A stretch of DNA of 61,263 bases from NCBI GenBank assembly GCA_049724395.1, contig JAUGWO010000004.1, positions 1 to 61,263 on the forward strand. The letters run 5' to 3'. The position numbers and the translations under genes were made by a program. Under the pieces are notes generated by a model, which worked only from the letters and a program-made list of their open reading frames with translations, was not told the DNA's origin and ran no database searches. Shown one piece after another: positions 14,103-24,734 of this stretch; positions within the stretch are counted from its first letter, which is position 1; the number at the start of each line of letters is the position of its first letter. This DNA comes from Spongospora subterranea f. sp. subterranea (Eukaryota).

Positions 14103-14529
14103 ATGGACTGGAGAGTAATTATTGGTATTTTAGCGATCTGGTCTTCTGTTGGTGCGATTTCGGCAAACAACGATAAAGATCCGAATAAAGGCCGGTTGGC
14201 CGCAATCAAAGCGCTGTCGGCAGCAAGTCAGATAATATCTAACCAAACGTCTAATAGTTCAGGGATCGCCCGGTTGAAGGTTCCAATGGTTCGCAATGGA
14301 ACTGGCAAAACCCGTCACGATCGATCTAAAATTATCTATTGGGCAACCGAAAGTGACGGTGCATAACTACAGCGATCCCGTCAAACGCAATCAATCCAGT
14401 TCTGCTCCTATACATTCAACATTGCCAAAGCCTGGCAAACGTCTTGCACTTGATGACGTGATCATCAAAACAGGTTTGAAGCCCAGCATACAATCGGGCT
14501 ATTCTGATTTGCACCGCAGATCGCAATAA
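14103..14529 (+). CDS. Putative small secreted protein (frameshifted or spliced)
   Basis: MDWRVIIGILAIWSSVGAISA looks like a signal peptide; two overlapping ORFs, 14103..14366 and 14296..14529; no recognisable domain. Confidence 0.35.
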
Positions 14530-15075
14530 CGGAACAAAATATAACTCGAGGTCTTCTGGTTCGGTATCCGGACAGAATCGAAACCAAGAAAGACGCGGCA
14601 TAAAAGCAGTGCCGACTTGTCGCGAGATGAAAGATGGTGAGTTATCTGATGCTTCCTTATGATTATGTTGTAAAACGTATCATACAGGTCCATGTCATGA
14701 GGAATAGTACGCGTTTACAGCCAGCTACATATTTGAATAAAGTGCATCGCAGGAGCATTGATCAATGAGTATTAGTAATAAACAAACGTGATCCTGCAGA
14801 TTGGTAATCGGTTCAAACCGACATGATGTTTGGCCGATCGCCCCTGAAGAAGAAGGAAAACAGCATTGTAAGGTAAAATACAATGGACGATGTGGTGCGT
14901 TCGGGGTTTAGTCAAGTCAAACTCCGGGTTACGCCATCACTATGTTACCCAGTAATCTTAAACCTGTATATCTCCACCCTCTCACTGTCACTAATCTAGT
15001 GCGCATATTCCACCTTTACAAGGCGACGTTGCGTTTGTGGATCGCTGTTCGTTCATTTGAGGAATTCCATCGACC

Positions 15076-16149
15076 ATGTACCGGAATCAGTACGATGATA
15101 GCGTCACAACCTACTCCCCTGTTGGCCGCTTGCATCAGGTCGATATCCGCTATTGCGGCGCACTCACTGTCCATTGATGGTCCACAATATGTATAGGTTG
15201 AATATGCTATGGAGGCCGTTAAACAAGGCAGTGCTGTTTGTGGTCTCCGTTCGAAAACAACCGCTGTCAGATTTCTTGATATTTTCATTTAATCTTTCGA
15301 ATTTTCACATTGTCTTTGTCTTATTGTAATACTTTTGAGAAAAAACTTAGTTTCGATTTTCCACTTCAGGTATTAGCCGCGCTTCGTCGGACACCATCAG
15401 ATTTGGTGCAGCACCGCAGCAGAAATTATTCCGCATCGATGGTCATATGGGGATCGGCGTTTCCGGGTTGATTGCCGATGCTCGAGGCCTCAGTGTTTTC
15501 ATGCGAGGTGAAGCGCTCAACCATCAGGTGTAATTTAGATAATCTAGAGCTGAACGACGTCTTGCTTACATGTTTCCTGTAGTATACCTTTGGCTCTGCT
15601 ATGCCCATTAGCCGACTCGTATCGAAAGTGTCGGATATTTCACAGCGTTATACACAAGAAGCCTCCAAGCGGCCCTATGGAGTAGGACTCTTGGTTGCGG
15701 GCGTTGATAAATCGGGTGCTCACTTGTTTGAGACTTCTCCATGGTAATGGGATAGGCTTTTTCTATCAAAATCTCATTGTTGGTATTATCAGTGGTATCC
15801 ACTATGAGTACGTTGCTCAAGCACTTGGCGCCCGTTCGCAAAGTGCCAAGACGTATCTTGAAAAGCATTTCGAGACGTTCGATAACGCCAGCGATGAAGA
15901 ATTGATCGAATTTGCGATCAAATCGTTAAGAGGCCCATCACCCACAGGTTCGGGCACCATTCAATGACTTATTTCACTATTCAATCGTAAATAGGGGAAA
16001 TCACGGTGGACAACATCGAAATCGCGATTGTAAGCACATCGCGGCCTTTCACTATCATTGGCGAAGAGGAGTTGACCGCACGAATATCGAGCGCCAATTC
16101 GGATGGACTTGGTGGGGCCCGAACTGATGTGGACGCTATCAAGGATTAA
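15076..16149 (+). CDS. PSMA1: 20S proteasome subunit alpha type-1 (alpha-6), multi-exon
   Basis: MYRNQYDDSVTTYSPVGRLHQ/VEYAMEAVKQGSA, IDGHMGIGVSGLIADAR, RPYGVGLLVAG, ALGARSQSAKTYLEKH; GT-AG introns; apparent indel near 15406. Confidence 0.95.
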
Positions 16150-16699
16150 TGGCAGTACTTTCAAGTTGCATAAACGGTTCCTTTACCAAGATTTATCAAC
16201 TATAGTGTGATGAGGCAATCTCAGAATAGTTTCGGGTTTTTGTATTCGCTTTTGATGACGCTAAGCCGAGAATAGAAAGTTTGGATACAGCAAACTGGTG
16301 TCACTGTTCAAATGTATTCTTCGTCAGTGTAAAAGGCGGGGTGTATAGCATGGAATACGGCCAGGGATCACAAGGCGATTTCCTGTCATGGTCGGAATCT
16401 TGTCGGATCTTCTAATGTCTCCGTCTCAAGAAAACAGATCTAACGTGATAAAAACGGGGAACAATGGATGATTTCGGGATTTTGCGAGTTCAAGACCTGG
16501 TGGGACAACAGAACAGACAAGAAAACTACCATTCACCATGGCGATAACGTAGCCGAGTATATATCTATGGGATTCGGTAGGTGATTCAAGACCGATGGAC
16601 TAGAGCTTTACTCAAATGTTCTCTTTGCCTAAGAACAAAATCTGACTGGGCGAGGTCATCTTATTATGTTGATTTCAGCCAGAGCGATGATAGAGAAGG

Positions 16700-17800
16700 C
16701 AATGTTTCTTGACACGAAGCTACTCCTAAAACCTGTGTTCACGACCAGCAAGCAAACGATAACCTATCATAATTTTCAACAACCTAAAGTAAGGTAGGCA
16801 GCCAAAATCCCATAAAAAATCAAACAAACAGCGGATAATGCACAGGACAAAACCTACACATTACAACCATCTCCGAATCCAATGGACCATATGCCGACAG
16901 AATAAACAAGAACGACACGACATGGATAGACAAGCGTACGTGTATGGCATACCGAAATGGGAGGTCGATAGCGGCCACGTTCATAGCTCCATCACGCCTG
17001 CAAAAGCCATAACCATTGCTAACAGATTATCACGCACCGAACCGCAACGCAGGCACAAGAGGCACTGCCAACCAGCAACATCACTCATGGTGTCCTACCT
17101 GTGATAACTGGTATCCCGATGGTACATTATCGCGTCGCTTTAGGAATTGGAATGGCGTTAGCAAAATCACCTTTCATCCGAAACACTGGATGGGCAAGCC
17201 GGGCTGTCTCAAATATTTGGAATGGCTTCCGTCGTGCAATCCGGCAGAGAGTTTGGGGATGCCGCTTCAAGCAACTTTTTGCGAAGCAGTTCTCGAAAGA
17301 GCGGCTGAACTCGACATCACTTTGGGATTAAAATTCGTGACTTGATTACGAACAAGCTGCTGAAGCAGTCGTTCAAAAAGTGCTATGCGTCTTGGAAAAC
17401 GCGTTTAGATCCCGGTCCCGGAGGCCAGTTCAAAGTTGACCGCAAAGATGTGATACAATGGATGGAAGAAGCTACTGAAGAGGTGAATGACAAGCTGTCA
17501 TCAACACTCTTCAAGGCCTTTGCCACGTATGGGCAAGATCACCGATATGAAGATCAGTCGCTGTTAGCTTCGTATCTTGCAAAGCAAGAAGAAAATGGGG
17601 TTTACAAGTCACTGTTGGCCAACCAGCAAGCTATAGAGTTAGATTGAGGTCGAATATCGCCTCTCACGAGGTTGTGGCATTTGAAAAATTGTGGGAAAAA
17701 ATAACAAAATAAACACCTTTTTTGGTCAATTCTTGCACCCTACATTAAGTCAAACACAATTTGAAAATAGGACAGGAGTTCTTTTTGTTAAGTACGGTTC
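16700..17800 (+). mobile_element. Degenerate pogo/Tigger-like (DDE_1) transposase relic
   Basis: Fragments HWMGKPGCLKYLEWL, FCEAVLERAAELDITL and VDRKDVIQWMEEATEEV...KAFATYG resemble the pogo DDE_1 C-terminus; multiple frameshifts; boundaries approximate. Confidence 0.55.
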
Positions 17801-17929
17801 CACAATTTTTCAAAATGCCACTACCTCGTGAGAGGCGATATTCGACCTCAATTTAACTCTATAGCTTGCTGGTTGGCCAACAGTGACTTGTAAACCCCAT
17901 TTCTTCCTGCTTTGCAAGATACGAAGCTA
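17565..17929. repeat. Inverted repeat, arms 17565-17694 and 17800-17929
   Basis: About 130-bp arms, reverse complementary with a few mismatches, covering the 3' end of the pogo-like ORF. Confidence 0.95.
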
Positions 17930-18024
17930 CAGTAACAGAAAAAAACTCCTTTACTGCTGGGTGAACTTTGTGTTTGTCTTCATTTATCTGGTCGTCTTCA
18001 TACAGTACCAAAATTTCATGGACT

Positions 18025-19025
18025 TTCCGGTCAGGTGAAACGTTTCTGGCCAGGTGGCATTTTTCCGGTCAGGTGAAACGTTCTGGCCAGGTGGCACATT
18101 TCCGGTTACCCCTCATCACCCTCACATCCTCACCAGCCCTTGTGCATCTAAGTAACTCTGCTGCAGACACGCACAGACTTTGAATATGAATCGGATAGCA
18201 GGCAGACCAGCATCAGCGAATGTCAGTGACACAGAGGGATGGCAAACATTGCCTATCTTGCACCCTACACTTGTGCTGATGTGGGAAGATCCTGTGCCCT
18301 GCACGGATATGAAGTCAAGACACGACACCCTAGCCATCCCGAGTAGTGCGACCGGCACTTCCCTGATATAGTTGTTGGTTCATAATATCCCTCATTCCCC
18401 TGATGGACTCTCGGATGAAGTACTCGTCGCTGTCTATATTCTCCATCATCGTGTGTAGCATGTGAATGGACTCGGGCTTCACCTTTGCTACCTTCATAGG
18501 GTAAGTCACCTGAACACCGCGCATGATCTCACTGAGATTTACAGTGGTGTGCTTCATAAACGTCTCTTCGGTACTTCTCTCCATCAGGTAGCTGAGACGC
18601 TATTGCATCCGATTCGAACAGAGGTTTGGTCTGAATACTCCACTTCTCGCATTCTGCAACTGAGGTCGGATCCTTGAGAAAGTACAGTTGCGCCTGCACG
18701 AAATCTTGCGTGGTACTCCTGACAGTTCTCTGGAGCCGATGCGAGAAGTGGAGTATTCAGACCAAACCTCTGTTCGACTCGGATGCAATAGCGTCTCAGC
18801 TACCTGATGGAGAGAAGTACCGAAGAGAGACGTTTATGAAGCACACCACTGTAAATCTCAGTGAAATCATGTGCGGTGTTCAGGTGACTTACCCTATGAA
18901 GGTAGCAAAGGTGAGGCCCGAGTCCATTCACATGCCAGGTGAAACGATTCTGGCCAGGTGTCACCTTTCCGGTCAGGTGAAACGTTTCTCCAGGTGGCAC
19001 CTTTTTGGTCAGGCGGCACGCTTCT
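18025..19025 (+). repeat. About 35-bp degenerate minisatellite clusters at 18025-18105 and 18935-19025
   Basis: Unit TTCCGGTCAGGTGAAACGTTTCTGGCCAGGTGGCA, 2-3 copies in each cluster, same orientation. Confidence 0.85.
18458..18935. repeat. Inverted repeat, arms 18458-18652 and 18739-18935
   Basis: About 195-bp reverse-complementary arms; the peptide ETFMKHTTVNLSEIM.GVQVTYPMKVAKV appears on both strands in the ORF track. Confidence 0.95.
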
Positions 19026-19399
19026 GGTCCCAGCGCCGGAATCGACACTGTAATGAATATATAGAGACCGGCCTATCCCCTCTACCGCGCGCGGTTCAAC
19101 CGCGCGAGATGTTTGGACATTCGCACAAATAGGGTACACTATTGACTGTGACTCAGTCTGATGGATAATATTGTCATCTACGGTAATGCAAAGACATACT
19201 CCTATATTGCACTGAGCGAGGGTTGAGATCGCAGTTTAGGGTTTCGGATCACGTCATTTTATGCCGAATCGATTCTCTCTTCATCTAGTGTCTTCTGTTT
19301 CAGTTTCAGCAATGCAATCTTCGAGGTGATGATTATTTTCTCATATAATTAACGGTTCAATTATCTCTGATGGTTTTTGTTTGGTCAACTATCGCCTAG

Positions 19400-20664
19400 C
19401 ACTTATGCTGCCGTCGCTGAGATGGCTGTATGGGAAAGGTTTTTTATTCATACTGTTCTTCACCTTAACTCCTTTATAGTGATTCATCAGTAATCGCCCG
19501 GTGATGTTTATCCAGGCTATACATTCATGGTCTACCAGGATCTGCTGTCCAAAATCCAAACTTTTGCGAGGTCGCAAATTTTCACGTCAACCGGAGCCCG
19601 CATCGAATGGATGCTCAGCGGGCAGTGAAATTGTTTGGGGTAGAGTCAATTGTCCAGCGCGGACGATTTTATTGCAGACATTCTGCTTTAGGTCGTGTCG
19701 AGTCGTGGACATGTGGGTGGGATGCCCAAGGCGACCACACGCCCAAATTCATGGAACTTGAAAGAGTCCTGCTGGAGGAGAGCCGTCGCCTCATCGTGGT
19801 CGCCGACAACACATGGTTCGTAGTCGACGACGACACGATTAGTTTAAGAGCACAGCGTTCATAATGCCGCAGAATCTCATGAACTACCACCCGTATTGTT
19901 CAAAATTCGAACTCCAGGCCTCCAAGGCTGCTGATACCTTTAACAAGGCCAGGCGGCAAAGTTATGTAATCGACAACATCAACAACAGTGATGATGACCT
20001 AGCTGGTGATGGGCAAAAAAGAGCTGGACGAATCAGACCAAGACATACCTGGCCTGTTCAGTACTGACTTGGGTTCATTCGGAGCATTGGGTGATGCCAG
20101 ATGCTCCATTATTAGGCCATGATGAACTAGCAGCGTCGAAAAATGTCAAGGTGCTGGGTCAGTCCAACGCTGCTCCAATGCAATTGGACGCAATCGCGGT
20201 TCGAGAGCGTGGCGATCAAAAGGCCTGTAAAGTTTGAGGTTTTATTCTCTCAAGCATTCCTTCTTTCCTTCACAAATGGATGGCCGTTTAGCATCCATCA
20301 TCGAAGTCCAACGCAACGATTACGATATTCTACCCTCGGTTTTTGATTCCGAGGAATGGACAGCGATTGAGATCGTCGCGCAGCAGCCATGTTCCTGTCC
20401 TGATCGCGATTGATCCTAAGACAAAACAACCGTTCAAACGAGCTCGACGGTGCGTGCTATGCACAAAGAGAAGTGAAGAAGTACTGCAATACGTGCCGTC
20501 AGTTTATGTGCACATCGGTTGTTGGAAAACAACGGACGCCATGCGCTGTTACTTGTCACCAGCGAAAGAAACTGGCGACAGCGCGAGATACTACCCGCAC
20601 TAGAACGAACATCGAGAGGTTTGCAGACAACTCGGCAGAAACAGTCAACATCGCCTGCTGTTGA
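19400..20664 (+). mobile_element. piggyBac-like transposase relic
   Basis: RRLIVVADNTWF (piggyBac xxDNWF-like), AADTFNKARR, and a C-terminal Cys-rich RRCVLC...YCNTCRQFMC; many stops and frameshifts; TIRs and TTAA not located. Confidence 0.6.
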
Positions 20665-21415
20665 TTTCAATGGCTGGGAGACGGGAGATAACAATGAAGA
20701 CGTGGTTGTTTTGGAAAATGATGAAGTTGCTGATGGGGAACGAGCAAATGTTGTTATAATTCATTTTGGTGCCCGACACTCAAAATACGTGCATCGGAGT
20801 GGCCAAAATGACAACGGGAATAGTGTATTCAGGTTCTTGAAAAATATCTCAAGCGTCATCCAGACCATATGATTGCATGAAGGCAAGCGACGATCGAGCC
20901 GAAATTGACATCAAAATAGCCTTGTGAGATATTCCTATTTCTCCGTGACTTTCCCCTATAAAAACAAAACTCTGTTTTATGCGGAGTTAATCGAAATGTA
21001 TTACGATTATGTGTTTGAGAGCCTGTGAAGAGAGGAGAGATCACGCGAGCGAGAGAGTGCAGGAGCGAGAGAAAGCGGGAACGAGAGAGGGGTACATGCC
21101 CGCCAGCAAGACACCATCGGTCATAAAGAGGCACAACGGTGAGACAGCATGGGACGCTCTGGGAGGCGTGACGAGGACATCGCCAGGGCGCAAAACGCAG
21201 ACCAAAACCTCTGAATGTCGACATAGATCAGCAAACGAGGCGATGCTGGGAATTTTTGACAACGCCGTCAAATGGAAACAACAATTTCCGTTGGCACTCC
21301 AAATAACCCATATTATACACCAACAATACAAAGGAATGTGATTCTCTCCCCTGCGGCATTTTCAAAACGAACCTGGTTCGGTTTGAAACGAACCTGGGTT
21401 CGAAAATCGATCGGG

Positions 21416-23754
21416 ATGGATCAATCCCAGGTCGATGTGGGGGATACCGCGGCCTTAGAAAGGCCGCACGACGTCAGGAGACGGCAACTCAAACAATCGC
21501 CAACGCGCATGAAGGGTCTAACGCCGGCTGAGGAGGATGCTGTGGCGAGCAAGGTTCAAGACGTCATGTCTCGAATGGACTTGTCGCTGTCGGCAACGAA
21601 GGTTGGCCTGATGGGGTCGCGAGTGTTAGCGGCCAATTCCTCCAGGCAATACGGATCCGTTTTCCGGGGTTTGATATTGTTTCTGAAGAGAATTGGTGAT
21701 TTTGCGTCTCTCGTCGTTTTCAGCGAGAACGCACCCTTGGAATTCTGTCCGAGCATGAGCGCCGATTCGCTTATGGCCTATATCGACTTTAAGGTATGGC
21801 ATCTCGCAACTCACTTGCCCATTGCTCACATGGCTTATATTGGTTTCAAGGTGCTGCCTTCCGGAACTCCCTTGTCGATATTTGCCGATGCCGCATCAGA
21901 CGCATCTCGTGTTGGCCCGATCCGGGATTACTTTACAGGCACGGCAATCGTGTCGTCGGGGGCATGGAACGATCCCGGCGCTTGTAATCAGCTCCTAAGT
22001 GCTGTCTCGAACCTGCACGTGGCGAAGAATCAGGGAGGGCCGTATCAAGAGCCATGCCACAACTGTATCACGCTCTATGATTCGGGAGTGTTGAGCGGTT
22101 GTCGTTTCCATGCATCACGTCCGCAGCTGTGGCGCTGTGGATCTCCCCGCGAACTTGCCGCTGTTAAGAACAGGTACCAAACTCCTGCAACGTGTCGATT
22201 TACTCCATCCCGGAGCTAAACACTGTCATAACACAGGTACCAAAGGCTCACTAAATTTGATTTACCGGACTACCAAGCCCAGGGAAACTCAGCGCTTCTT
22301 CCACATGAGCTTGTTGACGTTCGCACAGCTCTGTTGAGTCGAAACTCCATTTCGGCATTTCAGGAATGGGTGATGGTCCTGTTCCATGTCCAGCTTTTCC
22401 TGCGAGCCAAAGAAGGGTGCGAGTTTCAGCTGGCAGATTTTGTGCCAGGGTTAACCACTATCAACCGGGACAGCGGGGAGGTGTTGGCTCTTGGCATCAA
22501 GATTAAGGGGAAATCAGACGAATCCTTCAAGCTGATGATGATTTGGCGGAACGACCAGGTTCCGGAGCTTTGTCTGGTCAGACATTTACTGGCCTGGATC
22601 CATCTGAGACCCAGCTCAACTGGAGATTATCTGTTCCCTAACCGTAATGGCGGGATTATGGAATATAACAGGTTCAACCACAGGTACCGTTCTGTTCGGG
22701 GGATGTGTTGACTGACCCATGACACTCAACAACTGATATTGATTCATAGCTTGAAGACTCTGTTCCGAACAGTTATCGGCAGACGAGGGCCTTGGGGGAC
22801 ACACACTTTGAGGAAGACAGGGTACCTCATGGCAATATGGGGTGGTGGCCAGATCGAACAGATAATGCTATCGGCTAGGCACAAGACCCTGGCCAGCGCC
22901 CAGAAATATTTTCAGGACGCTGCTGCTCTTTTGCATCTGGCCAAGATCCAAAGGTGAAAGTGAGACGGAACTTGATATTTGTTGCTTAGTTACAGTGCAG
23001 GGATAACATTTTATTGAAATATGCTTCTGAATGGCATGCAATTCATGTCATCAACCCTGGCCAATTTCTGGCGTTAAACAGGAACGTTCAGCAAACCACT
23101 TCTCTGGAAGATCATGCTAGCAGCATGATTGCCAGCCTAGTGCAACAGAAGGCTCTGCCTGTTCATTTTCAAAACGTGCCGCTTCAAATTTCCAAAGCGC
23201 TGCTGCTGATGTCCGAAGCCACAGAGGACTTGCAGAGGGAAATGGACGACATCCTTAAGCAATTGAGAAATGCGGGCTTGGAAAGTCTGGGCTCGAGGCT
23301 TCTGCAGATAATGCAGAAATTACGTTCCGCCGCAGATGCCACCAACGATCAGGTCGACAATGATTCCGCAAATAGCATTGTGGCTCCCTCATCTGCAGAT
23401 CCGGCGGTGCAGCGGCCTGAGAAGCGCGCTCGTCCAAGCGAGCAGCTGTTTGATGTCGCCGATCGGAAAAACCTGCGCAAGGCAAAGTCCACCGCGGCGA
23501 AGCTGGCCATCGTTCGGGATATCAACGAGGCCTGTACAACAGCTGCAGAATCCCGAATGAGATTTTGCCCGGCGCTGAAAACGGTTTTCTATTCAGTGGC
23601 CGGCCCGATCATGCGGTGCCTGATCGATCACTGCTCCGGCGACGACGCTGAATTTTCCCGAAGATGGGGGTCGAACTTCTCGCACAGCGACTGGGGGCGA
23701 ACGAGGTGCCCCGGACCGGATCCCGACGATCGCTGCGGCTTTCTCCACCAATAA
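21416..23754 (+). CDS. Intron-containing tyrosine recombinase, about 701 aa
   Basis: Exons 21416-21793, 21851-22173, 22237-22683, 22750-22953 and 23001-23754 join through GT-AG introns into one 2106-nt ORF. Catalytic residues: R (LFLRAKE), K (KIKGKSD), HxxR (GTHTLRKTG), H and Y (ARHKTLASAQKY). Confidence 0.88.
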
Positions 23755-23861
23755 ACTGCCGTCGCCTTCTCAGTAAAATTGTGTGAACTTTTATCGGGTG
23801 AAAAATTGTGCGTGGCCGGTGTACGGTCAATTCGAACCAATCGAACCCGCTGATACATGCC

Positions 23862-24110
23862 TATTTTGTAACATTGTACCCTTGGACTTGGCACGACGGC
23901 GCAAGATACGTGGCCTGGGTCCGCATGGATTGGAGTCAAGCGGGTGCCATAATGCACGAAAAAATGCTGTGGTCGGATGGAGCCGGGAAGTGAAGGGACG
24001 CGGATGGAACCACAGCAATTTTTCGTGCATTATGGCACCTGCTTGACGCGGACCCAGGCCGCGTATCTTGCGCCGTCGTGCCAAGTCCTGGGGTACAATG
24101 TTACAAAATA
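23862..24110. repeat. Nested hairpin, arms 23862-23973 and 24009-24110
   Basis: TATTTTGTAACATTGTACC...GCTGTGGT / ACCACAGC...GGTACAATGTTACAAAATA are reverse complements apart from one short indel and a few mismatches. Confidence 0.93.
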
Positions 24111-24734
24111 TGGGTTTTATGGCACCAACCGGAGTGGAGCCAACGGAAATTGTTGTTTCCATTTGACGGCGTTGTCAAAGTTTCCAGCATCGCCTCGTTT
24201 GCTAATCTATGTCGGCATCCAGAGGTTTTGGTCTGCGTTTTATGCCCTGGCGATGTCCTCGTCACGCCTCCAAGAGCGTCCCATGCTGTTCTCACCGTCT
24301 GGCCCGCTGATGTGCCTCTTTATGACCGATGGTGTCTTGCTGGCGGGCATGTACCCCTCTCTCGTTCCCGCTTTCTCTCGCTCCTGCACTCTCTCGCTCG
24401 CGTGATCTCTCCTCTCTTCACATAACGAATTTAGCTGTTAAACCCACCCATCAACAACCCACGCAGTTTAAAACTGCGTACTACACGGTAACAACCCAGC
24501 CGTTTAAGTCGGTTTTTATGAGTTTTTTTGAATAAAATGACGGTCTGTGTGGTAGTGTTCCAGTACCCAGTCCTAGGAGTACTACGATCGTTAAGAGCTG
24601 TACGAATTTAGTTGTTACCCACCAATAACAACCCACGCAGTTCAAATGCACGCTATGTTAGTTTACTGCATAACTATTTCCAATGATCACATCTCGATCC
24701 TCTTTACATTTCGAAATAAAGATTATCGCTGCTA

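Larger units (their letters stand above)
21024..24422 (+). mobile_element. Tyrosine-recombinase DNA element (Crypton-like) bounded by long inverted repeats
   Basis: Arms about 21024-21314 and 24107-24422 are reverse complements with termini TGTGAAGAG...CTCTTCACA; no TSD (flanks GAGAGCC / TAACGAA); a single YR gene lies inside. Confidence 0.8.

Noticed and set aside
21272..21415. Upstream in-frame ATG as the YR start
   Set aside because: It lies within the inverted-repeat arm and runs through the palindromic site. ATG 21416 is preferred, although 21272 cannot be excluded.
21024..24422. DIRS/Ngaro retrotransposon or prophage integrase
   Set aside because: No gag, RT or RNase H and no phage genes between the repeats; the gene has spliceosomal introns.
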